From contig CAMKKZ010000018.1 of NCBI GenBank assembly GCA_946413525.1, forward strand, positions 1,082 to 65,081: a DNA stretch of 64,000 nt, in the 5' to 3' direction. This document shows positions 17,225 to 25,781 of the stretch, in pieces. The stretch is from an uncultured Oribacterium sp. Its GTDB lineage: Bacteria > Bacillota > Clostridia > Lachnospirales > Lachnospiraceae. Positions within the stretch are counted from its first letter, which is position 1. The number at the start of each line of letters is the position of its first letter. The notes below the pieces were generated by a model that worked only from the letters and a program-made list of their open reading frames with translations, was not told where the DNA came from and did no database searches. The position numbers and the translations under genes are program-made.

Positions 17225-17923
17225 TCAAACAAAGTATTGCGGATATTTTTCCATGAGGACTTCTTTTTCCTTATGGTGTCTGGACAAATGCTGCTCCATC
17301 CGCTCCCTTGCCGAGGGAAAATCCCGGCGGCAGACCGCATCCAGAATTTTTCCATGATCCTCCACCACATCGGCATGGTACATGGTTTCCATGGAAAGGG
17401 TACGCAGCCGGTCAAACGCCCTGGTCACTGAGCGTACCTTGTCAAAAACGCGTCCTTTCCCAACGGAAAGGAAAAGAAGTCGGTGGAACTGGTTGTCCAG
17501 CTCCATCAGCATCCCCGTATTCTCCTCCCTCAAGCTGATTTCCTGTTCGGAAAGATTGCCTCTTAATTTCGCAAGAAAAATATCCTCTATGCCCTTGCAG
17601 CACAATTCCAGCACAGCCACCTCCGCGGCCAGACGAAGGAAGCCGGATTCCTCCAGAACCTCGTAATTGATCCTGGTAATATAGCTCCCTTTCTGCGGAA
17701 TGGTTTCCACCATGTCCATCTGGCTTAGTTCAATCAGAGCCTCCCGCACCGGAGTGCGCGAACAACGTAATTGTGCGGAAAGCTCCGCTTCGCTGATGGC
17801 CGTGCCTGGAGGAAGCTGCAAATGGATAATATTATACAAAAGCGTTCGTTCCGCATAGCTCCTGGCCGTTTCCCTGGGCAACCTTTCCAGAATCTCCATC
17901 CTGTCCCTCCCGGTCAGTCCCAA
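17225..17923 (-). CDS. GntR family transcriptional regulator (FadR/FCD subfamily)
   Basis: 232 aa; winged HTH ISEAELSAQLRCSRTPVREALIELSQMDMV plus all-helical C-terminal domain. Confidence 0.85.
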   Translation of the reverse strand: MGLTGRDRMEILERLPRETARSYAERTLLYNIIHLQLPPGTAISEAELSAQLRCSRTPVREALIELSQMDMVETIPQKGSYITRINYEVLEESGFLRLAAEVAVLELCCKGIEDIFLAKLRGNLSEQEISLREENTGMLMELDNQFHRLLFLSVGKGRVFDKVRSVTRAFDRLRTLSMETMYHADVVEDHGKILDAVCRRDFPSARERMEQHLSRHHKEKEVLMEKYPQYFV

Positions 17924-18026
17924 TTGCAGGCATCTCTCGATGCAGCTTTAGAATGCTTCTCTGAAACATGCGCGGAAAAGAAAATATTCCCGCGCGTGTC
18001 TCGTTCATGTCAATCATGTCAAGACA

Positions 18027-19055
18027 TTAGAACGTAAGGACGATTTTCCGAATGGAAGGATCCCTTGAATCATTGAAGTCGAAGGCCTTCTGCGCGTCCA
18101 GGAACGGGAAGGTATGAGAGATCTTGTGATCGAGATCGAGCTTCCCTTCATTGACCAGGTCGATGGCAGTCTGGAATTTCCTGTTCTGGAGCCTTGAGCC
18201 CCGGATGTCCAGTTCCTTTGACGTGATTCCGAACTGCGTCACCTCGGTAGGCGATACCGAGAATCCCATGGTAATGACGCGGCCCGCGTTTCCGGTCACC
18301 TTGATCAATGTTCCCAGCGAATCCTTCGTGCAGGCGCAGTCGATGGACAGCGTCGGCCCATAGGCATCGGTGGTATATTCCTTCATTTTCTCTTCAATGT
18401 TTTCCTTAAGCAGGTTGATGGTATAATCCGCGCCGTTCTCCTTCGCTTCCTTCAGCTTGTCGTCCACGACGTCGGCCACCATGATCTTCGCCCCGCTCAT
18501 CTTCGCGATGCTCAGCATCCTTGTGCCAAGAGCTCCTACGCCCATGATGAGCACCTCGTCCTCCGCGGAAATCTCCGCGCGGGAGCAGGCCTGGATGGCG
18601 ATCGTGGTCGGCTCGATCAGAACCGCGTCCTCATAACGCAGCTTATCCGGCAGGAGATAGCAGTCCGTATCCGGGACAGCCATATACTCACGATAACCGC
18701 CGTCAATGTGCACGCCACGGACCCGAAGGTTCTGGCAGACATTCGGCCGGTTGTGGCGGCACGCGTAGCAGTGGCCGCAGCACGTTACCTGATCGATAAT
18801 GACACGATCCCCTACCTTCACCTTTTTTGCCGAAGGCCCGGTCTCCACGACCTCGCCCACCATCTCATGCCCGATTACTCGGGGATAAGTGGCGGCAGCA
18901 TTCGTCCCGTGATATATGCCCACATCAGAACCACAGATGCCTGCGGCCTTGATCTTGACCAGGACATTGTTCTTCTCATCAATTACCGGCATATCCATGT
19001 CGATAATCCTGAGCTCCTCCGGTTTGACAATCTGTACAGCCTTAATTTTTTCCAT
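18027..19055 (-). CDS. Zn-dependent MDR-family alcohol/polyol dehydrogenase
   Basis: 342 aa; GICGSD, GHE..G, structural Zn cluster CGHCYACRHNRPNVC, Rossmann IMGVGALG. Confidence 0.85.
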   Translation of the reverse strand: MEKIKAVQIVKPEELRIIDMDMPVIDEKNNVLVKIKAAGICGSDVGIYHGTNAAATYPRVIGHEMVGEVVETGPSAKKVKVGDRVIIDQVTCCGHCYACRHNRPNVCQNLRVRGVHIDGGYREYMAVPDTDCYLLPDKLRYEDAVLIEPTTIAIQACSRAEISAEDEVLIMGVGALGTRMLSIAKMSGAKIMVADVVDDKLKEAKENGADYTINLLKENIEEKMKEYTTDAYGPTLSIDCACTKDSLGTLIKVTGNAGRVITMGFSVSPTEVTQFGITSKELDIRGSRLQNRKFQTAIDLVNEGKLDLDHKISHTFPFLDAQKAFDFNDSRDPSIRKIVLTF

Positions 19056-19146
19056 ACTTCCTTTATCGCCTTTCTGGACAGGTATGATTTGAATGCGACA
19101 GTTCAGTCCAGCCGAACAGTCACATTAATGGATTGATTCAACGAAA

Positions 19147-19308
19147 ACCAGGCACTTGCCTAAAATCAGGTAGTTGCCAAGAATCAGGCACTTGCACGAA
19201 ATCAGGTGGCTGCCTGAAATCAGGCAGCTACCCAAATTCAGGCGGCTGCCTGGAATCAGGCAGCTACCCGAATTCAAACGTTTGCCCAAAATCGAGCAAA
19301 AGCCAAAA
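19147..19308. repeat. 18-bp x 9 tandem array of imperfect palindromes
   Basis: Exact 18-bp register from 19147; best units ATCAGGCAGCTGCC(T/C)GAA contain palindrome CAGGCAGCTGCCTG. Confidence 0.9.
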
Positions 19309-19317
19309 ATAATCTTA

Positions 19318-20595
19318 TCAGCCCATGATCAGGTTTGCCGCGCCAACGGTCAGGGCAGGCACATAAGTCACCAGGGCAAGGACCGTGAAGTTTGAAATGA
19401 GGAAAGGCACCAGAGCCTTGACATTTTCCGCCAGCTTGTTGCCTCCGATGGCCGTAGCCGCAAACAGGCAGACACCCACGGGAGGGGTCGTAAGGCCCAG
19501 GACCAGGTTCATGACCACGATGACGCCGAACTGGATAGGGTCAACACCGACCGATGTCGCGACCTGCAGGAGCACCGGGAAAAGGATCAGCTCCGCCGCG
19601 ATGGTTTCCATGAACATTCCGACAAAGATAAGGAACAGGTTGATAAGGAGAAGCAGCAGGTACTTATTCCTCGTGATGGAAAGCATCGCGTCCGCGATCA
19701 TGTTGGGGATCCTCTCCTTGGTCATAATATACGCGAAAACATTGGCAAAGGCCACGAGGGCCATGATGGCGGCCGCGCTGGAAAGCGTGGTCTTAAGGCA
19801 GCCGTAGAAGGACTTCAGGGTCATCTTCCGATAAATCAGGAAGCTGACGATAAGGCCGTAGGTCACGCAGACGATGGAAGCCTCCGTCGGAGTCATCACG
19901 CCGCCCATGATGCCGAAAAGGATAATGAAGGTCATGATGATGGCCCAGATGGCCTCCCGGCCGGCATGGAACATCTCCTTGATGGTCGCCCTCTTGTCCC
20001 TCTTCGGATAATTGCGCTTAACCGACTCGTACCAGCAGACAAAGCACATTCCCGCGCCCATCAGTATGCCCGGCACAATGCCTGCCATGAACATTTTCGA
20101 AACAGAAAGGCCGGTCATGGTCGCCGCGATGATCATGTTCACCGAAGGAGGGATGATAGGCCCCATGCAGGAGGACGCCGCGGTAACGGCCACGGAGAAG
20201 GGCACATCGTAGCCCTGGTTCACCATCATGGGGATTTCAATTCCCCCAAGGGCCACGGTATCGGAAAGGGCCGTGCCGGAAATGCCGGCAAAGACCATGG
20301 ATGCCGCCACATTGGCATAGGCAAGACCGCCCCGGAAATGCCCCAGGCAGGTCTCCGCGAAATCAAGAAGCTTGTCGGAAATTCCGCCCACATTCATCAG
20401 GTTCCCGGCAAAGGTAAAGCCCGGGATGCAGAGCAGCGTGAAGGAATCCATGCCGCTGAAAAAACGCTGGGCGAAGGTGGAAAGGGGCATTCCCGCCCCG
20501 ATGAAGTAAACGCAGGACGCGATTCCGAGGCTGAAGGCCACCGGAATACCTATCGCAAGACAGACAATGAATACAATAAACAGCGTTGCAATCAT
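19318..20595 (-). CDS. dctM: TRAP transporter large permease
   Basis: 425-aa polytopic protein, DctM-like; overlaps dctQ stop by 4 nt. Confidence 0.9.
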   Translation of the reverse strand: MIATLFIVFIVCLAIGIPVAFSLGIASCVYFIGAGMPLSTFAQRFFSGMDSFTLLCIPGFTFAGNLMNVGGISDKLLDFAETCLGHFRGGLAYANVAASMVFAGISGTALSDTVALGGIEIPMMVNQGYDVPFSVAVTAASSCMGPIIPPSVNMIIAATMTGLSVSKMFMAGIVPGILMGAGMCFVCWYESVKRNYPKRDKRATIKEMFHAGREAIWAIIMTFIILFGIMGGVMTPTEASIVCVTYGLIVSFLIYRKMTLKSFYGCLKTTLSSAAAIMALVAFANVFAYIMTKERIPNMIADAMLSITRNKYLLLLLINLFLIFVGMFMETIAAELILFPVLLQVATSVGVDPIQFGVIVVMNLVLGLTTPPVGVCLFAATAIGGNKLAENVKALVPFLISNFTVLALVTYVPALTVGAANLIMG

Positions 20596-21164
20596 GATCC
20601 CATTTCCTCCTTTGCCTCATTAACCTGGCGTTCCATGCCCGACTCCTGCTCCTCCTTTGTCTCCGGCTTGTTGAAATCCCGGAAAAGCTGATACAGCCTG
20701 ATGACAAGGCTGATGCAAACGAAGCCGTAAAGCAGGACCTGTGAGAAATAAATATACTGCATCGGGATCTGCATCGCCGTGGAAACCATGCGGAACTTGA
20801 TGAAAGCGAAAGTAGGCACCGCCCTGAAAAGGATGAAGCCGCTGAGAAGCAGCATGGCCATCTTGATCAGAATGTCAATCGCCTTGTTCACCTTGTGCAG
20901 GCCCCTGGCTTCCAATGAGTCATGGAGAAATTCCACATTCACGAACTCATCCTTCAGGATGGCGACGCCGCAGCCAAAGGCGACCATGTAAATGAAGGTA
21001 TACCTTGCCGCTTCCTCGGTCCAGGACGGGGCGGAGGAAAGGAAATTCCGCGCGATGACCTGCACCATAACGCAGACGCAGAAAGCAAGGAAAAAGAATC
21101 CGCCGATTGCCGAAAGGACCTCACGGTAAATGGCAACCAGCCTGTCAAAATCATTTTTCTTCAT
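20592..21164 (-). CDS. dctQ: TRAP transporter small permease
   Basis: 190 aa, 4 TM, position between dctP and dctM. Confidence 0.85.
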   Translation of the reverse strand: MKKNDFDRLVAIYREVLSAIGGFFFLAFCVCVMVQVIARNFLSSAPSWTEEAARYTFIYMVAFGCGVAILKDEFVNVEFLHDSLEARGLHKVNKAIDILIKMAMLLLSGFILFRAVPTFAFIKFRMVSTAMQIPMQYIYFSQVLLYGFVCISLVIRLYQLFRDFNKPETKEEQESGMERQVNEAKEEMGS

Positions 21165-21328
21165 GATAATAGACTCCTATAATTTCAATTATGACGGCAC
21201 TGCGGTCTTCCTTCCAGCGGTACGGCGGTCCCGTGATGATAGGACAGGGTGATAAAATCCCCTGCCCGCCCGCAAGCCGCCGGTTGCCGCAAGGCAACGT
21301 CCCCAAGGTCTTCCTTGCGGCGGCTTTG

Positions 21329-21370
21329 CTAAAAAAACAGAAGCCGGCAGCTTTTCAGGCCGCCGGCTTC
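21329..21370 (-). terminator. intra-operon terminator/attenuator after dctP
   Basis: GAAGCCGGC-N13-GCCGGCTTC stem; T-run on minus strand (plus-strand TAAAAAAA 21329-21337). Confidence 0.6.
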
Positions 21371-21435
21371 AGCATTATCCGCAGAACGGCTTATCCATGA
21401 TCATGCCGTAATATGCCGTCTCTTTCAGACATCGA

Positions 21436-22503
21436 TCAGGCCAGTGCGGAAATCTCTTCGTAAATCTCCTTCTGGCTGTCCGTAAGGATGGGAAGAACAC
21501 CAGCGATCATCTTGTCGGCGAATTCCTTCGTATCGACCTCGATGAACTCCATACCCTCTTCCTGAAGCTGCTTCTCATAGGCTGCCTCGTTCGCAAGGAA
21601 GAGCTCATGCTCGTAATCCTGGCAATGCTTTCCGGCATCCAGAACGACCTGCTGCAGATCCTCGGGAAGGGCATCGAACTGAGCCTTGCCCATTGCGATA
21701 TAGACCCATGCGCGAAGGTGCGCGGTCTTGATGAGGTACTTCTGAACCTCGTAGAAGGACTGGGTCTGGATCATGGCATAAGGGTTCTCCTGCGCCTCGA
21801 TGGTGCCCTGGTTCAGGGACGTGAACACCTCATTCAGAGCCATCGGGGTGGGCTTCGCGCCAATGGCCTCGAAAGCGGCCACGGTCATCGGGGACTGAGG
21901 GGTCCGGATCAGAAGGTTCTGGCAGTCTGCCACGGACTCAATCTTCCTGTTGGATGTAATGTAACGGGGTCCCCTGGTGAAATAGCCAAGCACCTTCATG
22001 CCGCTCTCTTCCATCAGGCCTTCCAGCTTCTTGCCCACTTCGCCGGTCAGCACCTTCTCCATCTGCTCATCGGACTGAATCAGGTACGGCATGCCGATCA
22101 TGCCAAGATCCGGCTGGTAGGTCTGCATTGACTCACCGGTGAAGGTAAGGTCGCAGCCGCCCTGCTGAAGGATGGAAGCGATCATGTCAACCTCGGAACC
22201 AAGCTGGGAGTTGGGATAGACCTCAACCTTGATCCGGCCATTGGAATTCTTTTCGACCTGCTCCTTGAAATCAAGGGAAGCCTGGTGCCAGGAATCGCTC
22301 TCGGCATTGATGTGACCGATGGAAATCGTGAATTCCGCATTGCTGGTGTCCACGGCGCCCTCTCCGGAATCAGCGGCCGCAGCGGCCTCGGTCTCAGCGC
22401 CTGCCGCCTTCGTCTCCGGAGCCGGGGCATCGCTGCCGCCGCAGGCTGCGAGAGACAGTACCATGGCGGAAGCCATCGCCAGAGCAATCAAACTCTTCTT
22501 CAT
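21436..22503 (-). CDS. dctP: TRAP transporter substrate-binding lipoprotein
   Basis: 355 aa; lipobox LSLAAC, DctP-family body. Confidence 0.9.
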   Translation of the reverse strand: MKKSLIALAMASAMVLSLAACGGSDAPAPETKAAGAETEAAAAADSGEGAVDTSNAEFTISIGHINAESDSWHQASLDFKEQVEKNSNGRIKVEVYPNSQLGSEVDMIASILQQGGCDLTFTGESMQTYQPDLGMIGMPYLIQSDEQMEKVLTGEVGKKLEGLMEESGMKVLGYFTRGPRYITSNRKIESVADCQNLLIRTPQSPMTVAAFEAIGAKPTPMALNEVFTSLNQGTIEAQENPYAMIQTQSFYEVQKYLIKTAHLRAWVYIAMGKAQFDALPEDLQQVVLDAGKHCQDYEHELFLANEAAYEKQLQEEGMEFIEVDTKEFADKMIAGVLPILTDSQKEIYEEISALA

Positions 22504-22569
22504 AATATTATCCTCCTAGAAATTCCGCGCGGCACGGCCGCGCCTTGAACCCGTACACTTTGATTGTGT

Positions 22570-22583
22570 ACTAGTATACCAGT
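22570..22583. promoter_or_regulatory. candidate GntR-family operator upstream of dctP
   Basis: ACTAGTATACCAGT, 12/14 palindrome with GT-N-TA-N-AC core, 67-80 nt upstream of the dctP start. Confidence 0.3.
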
Positions 22584-22729
22584 TGAGATAACTATACACA
22601 GATTTATCTTTCATGTCAATATCCAAAATCATTTTTGTTTCAGATTAAGAAAGAATCATGTAAGGATCATGAAAGGATCACTAAAGAATCATGAAAGAAA
22701 TCCGGCAGGTATCCGTATGAACTCATCCC

Positions 22730-23590
22730 TTATTTCCCTTTTCCTGCCGGGCGCCGGATCACAATCAGCTCCTTCAAGTTCTTTACGATCTCCTCCTGGG
22801 AAAGGGAAGCCTGGGATGAGGAAGCCTGGGAAGGAGAAGCCTGAAATGAGGAAGCCTGGGAAGGGGTGCCGGCATTGCCCCTGCCCTCCGCGGCCACGGT
22901 CTTCAAAAAAGCAATCAAGCCCTTTTCCGTAAATATTTCTTCGGGATGCCTTGTATTCAGCGTCACGTTCCGATTGGTAAATACGGCAAAAACCTTTAGG
23001 GGGACAGACCGCATTCCCTTGCTGTCCATGGCCGCCCTGGCCAGGGCGTACTGCTCTTTGTTCCCCTTCAGGGGATTCGGGATCTCCGTATCCACCCCGT
23101 TCATATGCTGCACAAAGCGGCCTTCCTCCATTTCCGTAATGGTGCCGGAGAAGCCAAAGCAGTTAAAGGCATAGACCGCCCCATTTTTCATCACGATCAG
23201 GGCGGCCAGCCCTCCCAGCTTCCCCTTCCATTCAATAGTTGCCGGAAAAAAAGGGACGCATTTGTTCCGTCTTGAAAATATCATCAGCGTAGAGACAAGC
23301 TCCATCAGCTCATTTTTTCCCCCATTATGGAGATGGGGCTCCCTGCGGTTCTTCCTGTCCCGGCTGTACTTCTCCGCCTCTTCCGCCGTCATTTCCTTCT
23401 TCCGCAGGCTGAAAAACAGCATGCGGTACAAATCCTCCACCGTAAGCCCGGTCCTTGCCATGATCATCGGGATAATGAAGATGAGCAGAAGGGCCAGGAT
23501 CAGCGGAAGAACCTGGTCAAATGTAAAGGCCATACGAAGCGGCATCATACGAAACATGGCATCCCCTTTCCGTACCAAAGGCATTTTCAC
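22730..23590 (-). CDS. hypothetical membrane-anchored protein (possible degenerate NERD-like domain)
   Basis: 286 aa; N-terminal TM VLPLILALLLIFIIPMIMA; central GGLAALIVMKNGAVYAFNCFGFSGTI resembles NERD core without catalytic residues; C-terminal QASS repeats. Confidence 0.55.
   Translation of the reverse strand: MKMPLVRKGDAMFRMMPLRMAFTFDQVLPLILALLLIFIIPMIMARTGLTVEDLYRMLFFSLRKKEMTAEEAEKYSRDRKNRREPHLHNGGKNELMELVSTLMIFSRRNKCVPFFPATIEWKGKLGGLAALIVMKNGAVYAFNCFGFSGTITEMEEGRFVQHMNGVDTEIPNPLKGNKEQYALARAAMDSKGMRSVPLKVFAVFTNRNVTLNTRHPEEIFTEKGLIAFLKTVAAEGRGNAGTPSQASSFQASPSQASSSQASLSQEEIVKNLKELIVIRRPAGKGK
22795..22868 (-). repeat. in-frame 15-bp x 4-5 repeat
   Basis: GAAGCCTGGGA at 22806, 22821, 22836 (variant), 22851; encodes QASSFQASPSQASSSQASLSQ. 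Confidence 0.8.
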
Positions 23591-23608
23591 CTTTTGGCAA
23601 TAATAGTT

Positions 23609-23752
23609 TTATAATTTGTTTTCCCCGGACTTGGCGGCAACGATGTTGTCGGCCTTTTTCCCCATATATTTCCTGACATCGATCACCGCAAACGCCATTT
23701 CAAAAAAGCCCAGAGCAATCACAACTGCCCCGGCAATAAAATCTCCACTCAT
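23609..23752 (-). CDS. 47-aa small membrane protein (below ORF-track cutoff)
   Basis: ATG 23752 preceded by AAAAAGGAGGAAATTATCC; MSGDFIAGAVVIALGFFEMAFAVIDVRKYMGKKADNIVAAKSGENKL, one TM; stop 18 nt before next start. Confidence 0.45.
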   Translation of the reverse strand: MSGDFIAGAVVIALGFFEMAFAVIDVRKYMGKKADNIVAAKSGENKL

Positions 23753-23898
23753 GGATAATTTCCTCCTTTTTCACATGTCTCCCTGTTCTTTTTTGACACA
23801 GCTCCAAGCCCTTGTTTCTTTCGAAACAAAGACCCAGGCATACCGCGTCCAAATGCATCATCGCGATCCATATAGCTCAAAAGACAGTGAAAAAGGAA

Positions 23899-24357
23899 TT
23901 ACCGACACTGATCCTGCTGGTGAAAGATGTACGTTACAATGTAATTTTTTCGGAAAGAAATGAATTCCTGAAAGATGACAATGACCCATGCCCTCAATAT
24001 CAGGGCAGACGTGACAAGGGGCAGGAAAAATAAAAGCGTTTTTTCCGCCCTTCCCTGCCTGTTCTGCGGTCGAATCCGCTTCTCAACAATCCGGTTCTCA
24101 GGATGTCCGAGGGCCAGCTCGTCCGCCTTTTGCAGTTGTACGGGCAGGATCTCGATAGGCACCTGCAGGAGAGGCGCGGAGGAAGCCTGGATTTCCTGGC
24201 TGCCCTCGGGAGAAATCGCCAGACCGTTTCCTGCATGAAGGCGGAAAGCAATGTCATTAAAAATGAAAAGCAACGCAATGCAGGCAACAGCCAGACTGCG
24301 CCACAGAAGGGTGGCATGATATTTATTATTCATATTATGCTGCCTGTCCCCCCGCAT
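23899..24357 (-). CDS. hypothetical two-TM membrane protein
   Basis: 152-aa ORF; likely start MNNKYH at 24333; TM at LAVACIALLFIF and LLFFLPLVTSALILRAWVIVIF; no recognisable domain. Confidence 0.4.
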   Translation of the reverse strand: MRGDRQHNMNNKYHATLLWRSLAVACIALLFIFNDIAFRLHAGNGLAISPEGSQEIQASSAPLLQVPIEILPVQLQKADELALGHPENRIVEKRIRPQNRQGRAEKTLLFFLPLVTSALILRAWVIVIFQEFISFRKNYIVTYIFHQQDQCR

Positions 24358-24425
24358 CTTGACACTTGCCTCCCTGAAAGTTCCGAATAATTGTCAAACC
24401 GATTCAAAAAGAAACACTGAAATCA

Positions 24426-24467
24426 TATAGGACATGAATGTTCCTGAAGGAACATTCATATCCTATA
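24426..24467. repeat. CATGAATG-type palindromic hairpin (copy 2)
   Basis: TATAGGACATGAATGTTCC-TGAA-GGAACATTCATATCCTATA, 19-bp stem with one mismatch. Confidence 0.75.
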
Positions 24468-24511
24468 ATATTTAATCGTTGCATGTCAATGATTCATTTA
24501 ATCCTCCACGC

Positions 24512-24555
24512 CTATGTTTCAGGACACATGTTTCAGGGCTCGTGTTTCAGGGCAT
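24512..24555. repeat. 14-bp x 3 tandem repeat
   Basis: (A/G)TGTTTCAGG at 24514, 24528, 24542. Confidence 0.7.
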
Positions 24556-24738
24556 GATTCATGTTGTAACGAAGCAATGCCATATCGCGTCAGCGAGGCT
24601 TCCCATGCAAACGGGCAATAAGGCAGCAAAAGGCAAATAAGCGCCTGCTTTTATCTTTTTCTTGACTCTGATATAAGGCAATACTATAATAAGTAGTATT
24701 AAAAACCACATTGCGGACAGGTGGAAAGGCGGCTTCAA

Positions 24739-25596
24739 ATGGAATACACAATTATAGGCGATAGCTGTTCTGATTACACGAAGGAAATGAAGCAAAATCC
24801 GATTTTCAGGCTGATACCACTGACCCTGATGATCGGAAACTACAGCGTGATTGACGATGAGAGTTTTGACCAACTGGATTTCATACGCCGCGTCAAGGCC
24901 TCCCCGATTGGTCCCACAACGGCCTGCCCCTCCCCCGAGGCTTATCTCAGGGCTTATGAAAATGCCGACGCGAAGGAGATCTACGTGATCACCCTTTCGG
25001 AGCATCTTTCCGGGAGCTACCAGTCAGCGAAGGTGGCCGAGCATATGTTCATGGACAATCACCCGGACATGATGGGGAAGAAGCTTCACGTGTTCAGTTC
25101 GGACACGGCCAACGCCGGACAATGCAATCTTTGCATAGAAATTGACGAACTCAAACGAAACGGCGCGAGCTTCGAGGAAGTCGTAAAGAAAGTCACGCAA
25201 AAAATCGATGTGATGCAGACCTGGTTCGTGCTGGAATCCCTGGAGACCCTGAGGAAAAACGGCAGGCTGTCCAGAGTCAAAAGCCTGCTGGCCACGGTGC
25301 TCAATATCAAGCCCGTCATGGGAGCAGACCATGGCGTGATTGTAAAAAGGGATCAGCAGCGGGGAATCGGCAAGGCGCTGAAACGCATGGTGGAGATGGC
25401 CGTGGAAAAAGCTGGCGGGCCGGAGAAAACAAAGGACCTGCGCGTCGTGATCGTCCATGTGAACAACCCGGAAAGAGCCCTCTATGTCCGCAGGCTGCTG
25501 GAAAAGGCAGCTCCATTCCGTGAAATCGTGACCACCGAGGCCATGGGAGTGACCACAGTATACGCGAATGACGGCGGCGTCGTCATTGCCTTATAA
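24739..25596 (+). CDS. DegV family fatty-acid-binding protein
   Basis: MEYTIIGDSCSDY.. start, TACPSP and ..TTVYANDGGVVIAL end typical of DegV; ORF opens at 24721, ATG at 24739. Confidence 0.85.
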   Translation: MEYTIIGDSCSDYTKEMKQNPIFRLIPLTLMIGNYSVIDDESFDQLDFIRRVKASPIGPTTACPSPEAYLRAYENADAKEIYVITLSEHLSGSYQSAKVAEHMFMDNHPDMMGKKLHVFSSDTANAGQCNLCIEIDELKRNGASFEEVVKKVTQKIDVMQTWFVLESLETLRKNGRLSRVKSLLATVLNIKPVMGADHGVIVKRDQQRGIGKALKRMVEMAVEKAGGPEKTKDLRVVIVHVNNPERALYVRRLLEKAAPFREIVTTEAMGVTTVYANDGGVVIAL

Positions 25597-25725
25597 TCGG
25601 ATTTATACTGTAAGCACTATGCCAGGCACAAAAAGACAATCGAGCAGGGGTGATGAAATCCCCCTGCTCGTCCGTGAGCCGCCACTTTGCCGCAAGGAAA
25701 CATCTTCCTTACGGCGGCCCTGCGA

Positions 25726-25781
25726 TAAAAAAGCCATTGCCGGAGGACAAAAGCTCCTTCCGGCAATGGCTCTTCTTTTTG
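25726..25781. terminator. bidirectional terminator between degV and lipoprotein gene
   Basis: GCCATTGCCGGA-N14-TCCGGCAATGGC flanked by AAAAAA (5') and TCTTCTTTTT (3'). Confidence 0.7.
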
